A stretch of DNA of 33,075 nt, taken from positions 1-33,075 of IMG/VR virus record IMGVR_UViG_3300025517_000005; one strand, written 5' to 3'. The DNA is from a virus (taxonomy: Duplodnaviria > Caudoviricetes). The translations under genes and the position numbers were made by a program. The notes below the pieces were generated by a model. The model did not search any database. It was not told where the DNA came from and saw only the letters and a program-made list of their open reading frames with translations. Shown here piece by piece: positions 7,400-14,285 of the stretch (positions within the stretch are counted from its first letter, which is position 1; every line of letters starts with the position of its first letter).

Positions 7400-8392
7400 A
7401 TGGGTAATTTGCTTCTGGATGAAAGACCAATTATTGTTATTCCTTCACTTGCTGAAAAAATCGGCTTGAATGAGGCAATCATCTTGCAACAGTTAAATTA
7501 CTGGCTGCAAAAAAGCAACCACATCTATGAAGGGAAACCATGGGTCTACAACACCTATGAGGATTGGGAAGAGCAATTCCCGTTCTGGTCTATCAGCACC
7601 ATCCGCCGGGCCATTTCTAAACTTGAGAAAGAAGGATTCATCATTACAAACAATTTCAACCGTTCACAAATTGATAAAACAAAATGGTACACAATTGATT
7701 TTGAAAAGGTGGAGAGGTTGAACAGTCCATCTGTTCAAAATGAGCAGTCGACTGCTCAAAATGGGCAGACGATTGTTCAAAATGAGCAGTCGACAGGTCA
7801 AAATGAGCAGTCCAGCTGTTCAAAATGGACAGACGATCTGTTCAAAATGGACAGACCAATACCAGAGAGTACTACAGAGAGTACTTCAGAGATTACGACA
7901 GAGATTACTTCTTCTTCTTCGGAAGAGTGCATTCCCAAATTGGAAAAAGACGAAGAAGCAAAAAAGGCCATTGCGTTTTTTGAACAAAATGGCTTTGGTG
8001 TGGTCGGATCTTATGTCGCCGAAAAAATTTATTTCTGGTGTGAGGATCTGTCAGTGGATTTGGTTATCGAAGCAATGAAAAATGCAGTGGAGCGCGGCGC
8101 AACAGGCTGGAAGTATTGCGAAGCCATCCTAAAGGACTGGGCAAGCAAAGGCATACAGACCGTTGAGCAGGCTCGTGCATTGCAGCTGAAATACAAGGAA
8201 GAGCGATCGAGGCTAAAGCGTTATGGAAGCAGATCCGGGAGAACGGAGAGGGTGCCCGACTGGTTTAAGGAACCCGGAAATAGCCAAAGCAGTACTGCTG
8301 AGCAAGAAGCCCAAGAAGCCCAAGAAGACCTCGAGACAAAGCGGAAGCGGTTGGAGAAAATCCGGGAACAGTATCGAAAAAAAGAAAAATAG
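7400..8392 (+). CDS. Phage replication initiator with DnaD domain
   Basis: N-terminal wHTH (IGLNEAIILQQLNYW...FPFWSISTIRRAISKLEK), internal iterons, DnaD-like YCEAILKDWASKGIQT. Confidence 0.9.
   Translation: MGNLLLDERPIIVIPSLAEKIGLNEAIILQQLNYWLQKSNHIYEGKPWVYNTYEDWEEQFPFWSISTIRRAISKLEKEGFIITNNFNRSQIDKTKWYTIDFEKVERLNSPSVQNEQSTAQNGQTIVQNEQSTGQNEQSSCSKWTDDLFKMDRPIPESTTESTSEITTEITSSSSEECIPKLEKDEEAKKAIAFFEQNGFGVVGSYVAEKIYFWCEDLSVDLVIEAMKNAVERGATGWKYCEAILKDWASKGIQTVEQARALQLKYKEERSRLKRYGSRSGRTERVPDWFKEPGNSQSSTAEQEAQEAQEDLETKRKRLEKIREQYRKKEK
7731..7858 (+). repeat. Six iterons (21-22 bp period), putative phage replication origin
   Basis: CTGTTCAAAATGAGCAG-type quasi-palindromes at 7731, 7752, 7773, 7794, 7816, 7838. 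Confidence 0.88.
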
Positions 8393-8472
8393 GCTTGCAA
8401 ATGAACCATAAGGAAGTCAGGATCTGCCGCCGTTTAACGACGACAATTTGCCGTTTTAAGGGGTGAAAAAGC

Positions 8473-8574
8473 ATGCAGGACAAGCAAATTGAATGGCAAA
8501 AGCAGGTAATCCGTGAAGAAATGCATGATTACGGGAAAACGGATGAACAGCCTGTAAAAAAGGTTGAAAAATAA
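8473..8574 (+). CDS. 33-aa small protein, absent from the ORF track
   Basis: AAGGGGTG RBS then MQDKQIEWQKQVIREEMHDYGKTDEQPVKKVEK*. Confidence 0.5.
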   Translation: MQDKQIEWQKQVIREEMHDYGKTDEQPVKKVEK

Positions 8575-8653
8575 AAAAGCCAGGCATTTTCAGCCCGGAG
8601 AAAAACCATATCGACGCAATCATTATAGCATACACAGAAGGGGCGTGTCGATA

Positions 8654-8863
8654 TTGGCTGAAAAGCGAATTGGAGAAATAGAGCTTTTGGAAGACTTGAC
8701 GATTAAACAAGCCATTGAACCGGATAAAGTGATCATCGTTGTCCTGGATGGGAAGCGCGGAATTGCCCGCAAATGTGAAGCAGTTGAGCATGGTAGCACG
8801 ATCATCGAGACAGTGAATGGGAAATCGAAAAAAATTACGTTTATAGAGTCCTATCTTACCTAA
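8654..8863 (+). CDS. XtrA/YqaO-family small protein
   Basis: VIIVVLDGKRGIAR...EHGSTIIETVNGKSKKITF pattern; TTG 8654 follows AGAAGGGG RBS. Confidence 0.72.
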   Translation: MAEKRIGEIELLEDLTIKQAIEPDKVIIVVLDGKRGIARKCEAVEHGSTIIETVNGKSKKITFIESYLT

Positions 8864-8910
8864 TTCATAGCCGATTTAGCTTTTGTTTAAACCTATTATG
8901 ATATTTTGCA

Positions 8911-8976
8911 TGTACCAATAACAGAGAAATCGCGGTACAAAAATACGCTGCAGGGTCAGGACCGGGATCTTGCAGC
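8911..8976 (+). ncRNA. Candidate structured RNA, copy 1 (stem-loop plus a second hairpin)
   Basis: TGTACC-AATAACAGAGAAATCGC-GGTACA (8911-8939), then 11-bp hairpin 8947-8976; related to 11178-11206. Confidence 0.5.
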
Positions 8977-8995
8977 AAAGGGTTGGTGTTGAAAT

Positions 8996-9184
8996 TTGCT
9001 ACGGAAAAAACCTGTCGACAGAAAAATATTAAGCCAAAAAGAACGGCTTTTGCTGATTGAATGGCTATATGTAATCACCGGTTTCACCCGGTCGTTTTGG
9101 AAAGAAAAGAGCGATGCAGAAATTATCCGTTTATATGAGTCCAATCTTGAAATGAACCAGATGGAAGATGAGTTTGTAAGATGA
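8996..9184 (+). CDS. Small phage protein (BH0509/FbpA-like)
   Basis: ERLLLIEWL...SDAEIIRLYE pattern; operon position. Confidence 0.6.
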   Translation: MLRKKPVDRKILSQKERLLLIEWLYVITGFTRSFWKEKSDAEIIRLYESNLEMNQMEDEFVR

Positions 9185-9202
9185 ATTGGTTGGTGAAATG
9201 CT

Positions 9203-9370
9203 ATGGAGGCCAAAATTATCATCAAAGACAGCCGGAAGAAGTGGATGGTGGAGGAAGATAGAAAATACGTTTGTCAAACGTTCTGCAAGCAGCACAAACG
9301 ATGTTCAACCCGTTTAGGGTATGATTGCAAAAAATTTGGCGGTGACAGAATACCGAAATTTAAAAAATGA
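9203..9370 (+). CDS. 55-aa four-cysteine putative zinc-binding protein, absent from the ORF track
   Basis: GGTGA RBS; MEAKIIIKDSRKKWMVEEDRKYVCQTFCKQHKRCSTRLGYDCKKFGGDRIPKFKK*. Confidence 0.7.
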   Translation: MEAKIIIKDSRKKWMVEEDRKYVCQTFCKQHKRCSTRLGYDCKKFGGDRIPKFKK

Positions 9371-9635
9371 GGTGGAACATCTGGGGAAAACCGCAAGATT
9401 AAAAAGAGAACGGGACACTGATTCCGTTCTCTTAGGAAAGGGATGTTTTGACGTGAATGAATTGGAAAACAGTATTAATTTCCTTAAAGAACAGCTCATT
9501 GCTGCGGGAGAAAAGTGGAAAGGCGGCATGGATGTTGAACCAATGAGAGACTGTCTGGCAATTGTTGAAGCCATCAATGTCCTAGAAGAAAGGGCATTTG
9601 GCAGGATGATTACAACGATCGCTTACATTCTGTGA
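9321..9635 (+). CDS. Hypothetical phage protein (true start possibly CTG at 9381)
   Basis: Open frame overlapping the next gene; GAGGTG RBS precedes in-frame CTG 9381. Confidence 0.7.
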   Translation: MIAKNLAVTEYRNLKNEVEHLGKTARLKRERDTDSVLLGKGCFDVNELENSINFLKEQLIAAGEKWKGGMDVEPMRDCLAIVEAINVLEERAFGRMITTIAYIL

Positions 9636-9952
9636 GGAGGTGGGATAACATGCAAAATGTTTTGGAATTTGAAGAACTGATGATCAATATTTTAGACGAA
9701 CCTTCAAAGTTTAAATTTCATTTTTCCGAAAACGGGATTAAAATTAGCGCTTGGATTAAAGAAGCTGTGAATTTAGGAAACGGGCTGTGCATTGCATTTG
9801 ATGGCGGATCTCTGCTCGTTTGGAAAGATAACCGCGTTGTAAAGTGCAGACGACCGTCCGATTTAATTACGTATTGTGAGCTTTGCTTTTCGGTTTTTAA
9901 TGAATTTGATGAGAATATCGGTTATCTGTATGTGCCTGCGCGTAAAAGGTGA
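9632..9952 (+). CDS. Hypothetical phage protein (probable start ATG 9650)
   Basis: AGGAGGTG RBS upstream of 9650. Confidence 0.75.
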   Translation: MRRWDNMQNVLEFEELMINILDEPSKFKFHFSENGIKISAWIKEAVNLGNGLCIAFDGGSLLVWKDNRVVKCRRPSDLITYCELCFSVFNEFDENIGYLYVPARKR

Positions 9953-10158
9953 TCTATTTGAGACATCAAAGTCAACGGATACCAACGCATGATTATCTCG
10001 GCAGAAAAGTATGGATTGGCGAAAAGGCAACACTATTTAGTAGCAATGGGGTCCATTATGAAGGGACAATACAGCAGATCGGTGGCAAACGCTGGTTTGT
10101 GGTGAATGAAAGTATGCGAATTGGCGGTATAGGAAGCTTGTACTTGATGAAGGATTGA
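9949..10158 (+). CDS. Hypothetical phage protein
   Basis: GTGA start/stop overlap with the previous gene. Confidence 0.6.
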   Translation: MIYLRHQSQRIPTHDYLGRKVWIGEKATLFSSNGVHYEGTIQQIGGKRWFVVNESMRIGGIGSLYLMKD

Positions 10159-10415
10159 AAGGAGAAATGAATTTTATGAGTGAATCATTTAGGTTATATA
10201 AAGTCGTGGAAACGGACGGACAAAGTGCTGAAGAACTGCAGAAATTTTTAAATGCTGCAACGGATGGTTTTACAGAAATGCAAATTGATCATGTCGTTGG
10301 GACAAAAATAATTCTTGGCTACGATTCACCTTTAAATGCAAAAGGAAGAGCTGAAATGTCAGTAAAAAAAGCTATAGGCTCTCAAGCGAAAAGTAGTTTT
10401 AGACCAATATATTAA
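10155..10415 (+). CDS. Hypothetical phage protein (probable start ATG 10176)
   Basis: AAAGGAG RBS; operon position. Confidence 0.7.
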   Translation: MKGEMNFMSESFRLYKVVETDGQSAEELQKFLNAATDGFTEMQIDHVVGTKIILGYDSPLNAKGRAEMSVKKAIGSQAKSSFRPIY

Positions 10416-10477
10416 ACCATCATAGACTATGTCGTAGTACGGGTATATTGTGTGAAATGAAAACATGAGGTGATTAA

Positions 10478-11164
10478 ATGAACCAGATTCAGCAAGTATT
10501 TGGTTATGGAATGAGCCAACTACGAACTGTGTTAATAGATAGTGATGTTTGGTTTGTTGCCAAAGATGTATGCGATATTCTGGAAGTAAGAAACACTACA
10601 CAGGCAATCGCTAGACTTGAAGATGATGAACGGACTATGTTAAACATAGGTCGTCAGGGGGCAACCAATTTAGTGAATGAACCGGGTCTATATTCACTGA
10701 TCATGTCTAGCCGAAAACCAGAAGCGCGTGCATTTAAAAGATGGATTACACATGATGTTATTCCGCAAATCCGGAAGACGGGAAGTTACTCAACACAGGT
10801 TCCGCAAACATTCAGCGAAGCCTTGAGGCTGGCGGCAGATCTGCAGGAGGAAATTGAAAAGGCAAAACCTAAAATTGAGTCATTTGATCGCTTCATTTCC
10901 GGAAAAAACTATCAAAAAATGGGGGATGTTGCGAAAATATTAGGATATGGCCGAAATAACTTTTTCAAGCTGCTTCGGGAGATGAAGATTTTAATGAGAG
11001 ATAATACACCTTATCAGGAGTTTATCAACCGCGGGTATTTCGTTGTGAAAGAAAAGCCGATACAGATGGGCAGCCACGTCATTAATAAGCCCCAGACCTA
11101 TGTCACGGCAAAAGGTATCCATTATATTGACAAATTATTGAAAGAACGATCAATAATTGTATAA
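10478..11164 (+). CDS. Phage antirepressor, Bro-N plus ANT/KilA-C domains
   Basis: WFVAKDVCDIL, VNEPGLYSLIMSSRKPEARAFKRWITHDVIPQIRKTGSY, PQTFSEALRLAA, TYVTAKG. Confidence 0.93.
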   Translation: MNQIQQVFGYGMSQLRTVLIDSDVWFVAKDVCDILEVRNTTQAIARLEDDERTMLNIGRQGATNLVNEPGLYSLIMSSRKPEARAFKRWITHDVIPQIRKTGSYSTQVPQTFSEALRLAADLQEEIEKAKPKIESFDRFISGKNYQKMGDVAKILGYGRNNFFKLLREMKILMRDNTPYQEFINRGYFVVKEKPIQMGSHVINKPQTYVTAKGIHYIDKLLKERSIIV

Positions 11165-11165
11165 T
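11138..11165 (+). promoter_or_regulatory. Putative sigma-A promoter for the arpU leader
   Basis: TTGAAA (11138-11143), 16-bp spacer, TATAAT (11160-11165). Confidence 0.6.
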
Positions 11166-11177
11166 AGAAGTAGAATA

Positions 11178-11250
11178 TGTCCAAGTAACGGAGAAGCGTG
11201 CGGACACTGACTTTCAGCATTTGTTGCTGATGGTTGGTGTCCGTTTTTTT
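11178..11250 (+). ncRNA. Candidate structured leader RNA, copy 2, overlapping an intrinsic terminator (attenuator-like)
   Basis: TGTCC (11178-82) / GGACA (11202-06) stem competes with terminator CGGACAC...GTGTCCG (11201-11243) followed by T7. Confidence 0.62.
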
Positions 11251-11266
11251 ATTGGAAGGAGGAACA

Positions 11267-11722
11267 ATGATGGAACAATTGAGTTTTCAGCTGGCAGAGA
11301 TTGACCGGGAAGAGACAAGGAAGCGGGTGGAAGGTGCATTGGAAAAGTATAGGGTTTTGTTGCTAACGCAGGAACTGGACCAGGTGCCAAAAGTAACCTC
11401 AAGCTATTCATTGGTTCCACCAAGCAACACCAACCAGTTTCACTCCTCAACTGAAGAAGCTGCAGTAAAGAATGTGGACTATGAACGCGAGCGGAGCGAT
11501 TATATCCGTAAAGTTTCCATGTCCGTAAACCGTCTCGGGTTTAAGGAGCGGGCAATCCTCATCCGCCGGTATATGACGGAGGATGATGTATTTGATTATG
11601 AAGTGTACAACGAACTGAACATGAGCGAGCGGACTTATCACAGAATAAAATCTCGGGCATTTTATAAGCTGGCATTTGCGTTGAAAGTTGAAGTCTATAA
11701 AGAGAAGGAGATGAGTGTATGA
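11267..11722 (+). CDS. ArpU-family late transcriptional activator
   Basis: PKVTSSYSL...SSTEEAA...IRRYM...DYEVYNELNMSERTYHRIKSRAFYKLAFAL; AAGGAGG RBS. Confidence 0.9.
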   Translation: MMEQLSFQLAEIDREETRKRVEGALEKYRVLLLTQELDQVPKVTSSYSLVPPSNTNQFHSSTEEAAVKNVDYERERSDYIRKVSMSVNRLGFKERAILIRRYMTEDDVFDYEVYNELNMSERTYHRIKSRAFYKLAFALKVEVYKEKEMSV

Positions 11723-12261
11723 ATGTCGTCCAACCGATTCGCGATCCCGTTAAGATAGAGAAGATGAAGAACTATTTGAAATCAAAGAGTGAAAGGAATT
11801 ATATTCTTTTTATGTTGGGAATAAGCGTCGGACTTAGGATATCCGACATTTTAAAATTGAAGAAAGAAGATATATTAAGAAGCCATATTGATATTAAGGA
11901 AACGAAAACAAAGAAAAACAAAAGGGTAAAAATCCCCGGTTACATTAAAAAGGAGATCATACCTTACGCCAAAACACTTGCAGACGGCGATTACCTTATT
12001 AAAAGCCGGCAGGGAGCAAACAGGCCAATTGACCGTTCAACAGCTTATAGGATACTGCGTGATGCTGCTAAGCATGTTGGGCTGACAGACATCGGTACGC
12101 ATACATTAAGAAAAACATTTGGCTATCATTTTTACATGCAAACAAAGAATGTGGCCCTGCTGCAAGAACTACTAAATCATTCGAGACCGGATATTACGCT
12201 ACGGTATATCGGAATTAATCAGGATACGTTAGATAAGGCAATGGACAAATTCAGGATATAG
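11719..12261 (+). CDS. Short tyrosine recombinase (catalytic domain only)
   Basis: GLRISDIL, HTLRKTFGY, LNHS, LRYIG; ATGA overlap with arpU. Confidence 0.92.
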   Translation: MNVVQPIRDPVKIEKMKNYLKSKSERNYILFMLGISVGLRISDILKLKKEDILRSHIDIKETKTKKNKRVKIPGYIKKEIIPYAKTLADGDYLIKSRQGANRPIDRSTAYRILRDAAKHVGLTDIGTHTLRKTFGYHFYMQTKNVALLQELLNHSRPDITLRYIGINQDTLDKAMDKFRI

Positions 12262-12280
12262 TCCTTTTCTTTTTGGGCAT

Positions 12281-12396
12281 CACTACATCATAAAAATACG
12301 AGGCGTGCACTCATATTTATATATTGAATGAAGGCTGTTATTTCAAGGGTTTCAACGTTTGCCCGAGTGCAACAGTCTATGTATTATAGTGTACTC
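12281..12396. repeat. Pair of imperfect 32-bp sites in inverted orientation (candidate recombinase sites)
   Basis: Reverse complement of 12281-12312 matches 12365-12396 at 19/32, including GAGTGCA; the second site has GAGT..ACTC palindromic ends. Confidence 0.5.
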
Positions 12397-12422
12397 AATG
12401 CCATTATTTAGGAGGGATATGT

Positions 12423-12722
12423 ATGAGGATAGAGGAAGCAAGGGAAGAGATTAAAAGGATTGAAAGGTTTATCAGTTTAGTAGAAAGCTATCGACCGCAG
12501 TCATTTGAGCAGGAAGCGATCAAGACGTATGTGTTAATTGAAAGTGTTAATAAGACAGCGGCAGTATTGAATGAGAAAGGATTTAGAATAGGTAAAAGGA
12601 AAGTTTCAGGTAAGGACGTATCTGATATTATTCGTTCTAAACCTGATGATGAGCTGCATCAAATCGCTCACGATATGTTTAAATACAATAAGAAAAAAGC
12701 TGGAAAAAGGGGTTGGTGTTGA
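12423..12722 (+). CDS. Hypothetical basic protein, possibly DNA-binding
   Basis: AGGAGG RBS; TAAVLNEKGFRIGKRKVSGKDVSDII. Confidence 0.75.
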   Translation: MRIEEAREEIKRIERFISLVESYRPQSFEQEAIKTYVLIESVNKTAAVLNEKGFRIGKRKVSGKDVSDIIRSKPDDELHQIAHDMFKYNKKKAGKRGWC

Positions 12723-12730
12723 AAAAATAA

Positions 12731-12785
12731 TGGCAGGATTTTGGCAGGATAAAGGCAGAGCATTTTCTTTTGCCTGTGTTACATT
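12731..12785 (+). promoter_or_regulatory. Putative activator-dependent late promoter with GGCAG direct repeats
   Basis: TGGCAGGAT at 12731 and 12742, AGGCAG at 12753 (11-bp period); TGtTACATT extended -10 at 12777-12785; upstream of packaging genes. Confidence 0.62.
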
Positions 12786-12807
12786 AATACCATGACAAGT
12801 AAGCGAA

Positions 12808-12840
12808 GGAATCGACACACAGTCGGTTCCTTTTTATTTT
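12808..12840 (+). terminator. Intrinsic terminator just downstream of the putative late promoter
   Basis: GGAATCGAC-ACACA-GTCGGTTCC followed by TTTTTATTTT. Confidence 0.7.
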
Positions 12841-12860
12841 ATCGATTGAAGGTGTTGACC

Positions 12861-12980
12861 ATGAAATCTAAATCCAGAGAGAAGAAGCAAAAGAAACTGC
12901 GGCGTAAAGAATTAGAATACCTGATGGGGATCCATCGTGACAGGTATGGCCGACATCATGGTGCAGTTCGCAGGAAGTGA
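12861..12980 (+). CDS. 39-aa highly basic small protein
   Basis: GAAGGTG RBS; MKSKSREKKQKKLRRKELEYLMGIHRDRYGRHHGAVRRK. Confidence 0.65.
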   Translation: MKSKSREKKQKKLRRKELEYLMGIHRDRYGRHHGAVRRK

Positions 12981-13045
12981 CCTTCAATAACTAATAAAGA
13001 GACATATGGACACATATAAGAAGGTGGGGGAGCGATAAAAAAGAA

Positions 13046-13264
13046 ATGGCTGACTTTCCAAGTGCCAGGATTAGACCGGAAAGAATTTATGATATGAAGG
13101 CTAATATTAAAGATCTTGAACCAGAACGATACAACTATCTTTTTAATAATGGTTTATTGACAATAAATGAAGTACGAACATTTGAGGGACTTCCGAATAT
13201 TGGTGCTGAAGGCAATAAATTATTTAGGCCTTTAAAGAAAAGAAGAAAGATTCCTTTTGGGTGA
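13046..13264 (+). CDS. 72-aa protein containing an HK97 portal C-terminal-like motif
   Basis: NGLLTINEVRTFEGLPNIGAEGNKL versus this phage's portal NGLLTPNEARALEEREPMPGGDQL. Confidence 0.6.
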   Translation: MADFPSARIRPERIYDMKANIKDLEPERYNYLFNNGLLTINEVRTFEGLPNIGAEGNKLFRPLKKRRKIPFG

Positions 13265-13269
13265 TCAGC

Positions 13270-13641
13270 ATGCCAGGCAAACCACTGCGGCCATGTGCAA
13301 AGTCCGGCTGCCGCAATCTTACCACGAACGGCTACTGTGATGAGCATAGGAAAGATACTAATCGTGAATACAATCTGACACGAGACGAGCGGGTCACGCG
13401 CTTCTATAAGTCGAGGCAATGGGAAATGACAAGGAAGTTGGTGCTTGTTAGAGACCATGGTCTATGCCAGATGTGTCTCAAACATAGAAAAATCGTACCA
13501 GCATCGCTTGTTGACCATATCATTCCGGTACGGGTTAATTGGAGTTTGCGGCTTAATAAAAGCAATCTTCAGTCGCTTTGCGTTTCATGCCATAATGTCA
13601 AAACAGCGGAAGACAAACGAAAGTACGGAAACCTTGCATGA
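13270..13641 (+). CDS. Terminase-associated HNH endonuclease
   Basis: RDHGLCQMC, VDHIIP, NLQSLCVSCHNVKT; directly upstream of terS. Confidence 0.93.
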   Translation: MPGKPLRPCAKSGCRNLTTNGYCDEHRKDTNREYNLTRDERVTRFYKSRQWEMTRKLVLVRDHGLCQMCLKHRKIVPASLVDHIIPVRVNWSLRLNKSNLQSLCVSCHNVKTAEDKRKYGNLA

Positions 13642-13735
13642 GGGCCGGGGGCCCCTAAAAAAGTACGGGGTGGGCCGTCTGCCGAACGGCGTCCACTTTC
13701 GCGTGAATTTTTTTCGCAAAATGAAAATTTTTTAA
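13642..13735. other. Probable cos region (exact cut site not determinable)
   Basis: GC-rich non-coding tract between HNH and terS, including ACGGCGTCCAC; usual cos position in HNH/P27-terS phages. Confidence 0.55.
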
Positions 13736-13748
13736 GGGGGTGATTGGA

Positions 13749-14285
13749 ATGGCGGGCAGGCCGTCAAAACCAGTGCAGCTGATCAAAATGGAGGGGAACA
13801 AGGATCGCCGGACGAAAGCAGAACTTGAGCACCGAGAAAATTATGAAAAGTCCCTTTATACTGGAACAAAGATCAAAGAGTCGCCCGCCGTCAAATCTGA
13901 TCCTGTTGCCCACAAAGAATTTTTACGGCTGAAAAAACTTTATAAGAGCATCCAGTACATTGACGGCTTGGATGAGCAGATCGTCAACCGGTACTGCATG
14001 ATGATAAGTGAAGAGCGGGCACTTCAGGAGCAGGCCGATTCTTTGCATGCACTTCTTGAAGAGGAAGAAGATCCAAAAGAAAAGATTGAGATTTACAAAC
14101 TGCTCAACAGCTGCGATACCAAGCTAACCAAAAAGCGGGACTTGATCTTGAAGATTGAGGACCGTCTTTTTCTGAATCCGACTGCCCGCATCAGAGCCAT
14201 TCCAAAGAAACCTCCTGAAGAAGAGAAGCAATCTCCAATGGCTGAATTTTTAAAGAAACGCGCGGGTGGTAGCCGTGCGGATTGA
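13749..14285 (+). CDS. terS: Terminase small subunit (P27-like)
   Basis: MAGRPSKP start, D..IVNRYC, LFLNPTARIR; precedes terL. Confidence 0.88.
   Translation: MAGRPSKPVQLIKMEGNKDRRTKAELEHRENYEKSLYTGTKIKESPAVKSDPVAHKEFLRLKKLYKSIQYIDGLDEQIVNRYCMMISEERALQEQADSLHALLEEEEDPKEKIEIYKLLNSCDTKLTKKRDLILKIEDRLFLNPTARIRAIPKKPPEEEKQSPMAEFLKKRAGGSRAD

Noticed and set aside
7731-7858. Regular repeats that could be mistaken for a CRISPR array
   Set aside because: Tandem 21-22 bp units with no unique spacers, inside the initiator gene, no cas genes; these are iterons
12331-12352. CCCTTGAA similarity between this spacer (minus strand) and the att terminator
   Set aside because: Only an 8-bp exact match; cannot be told from chance without comparative data
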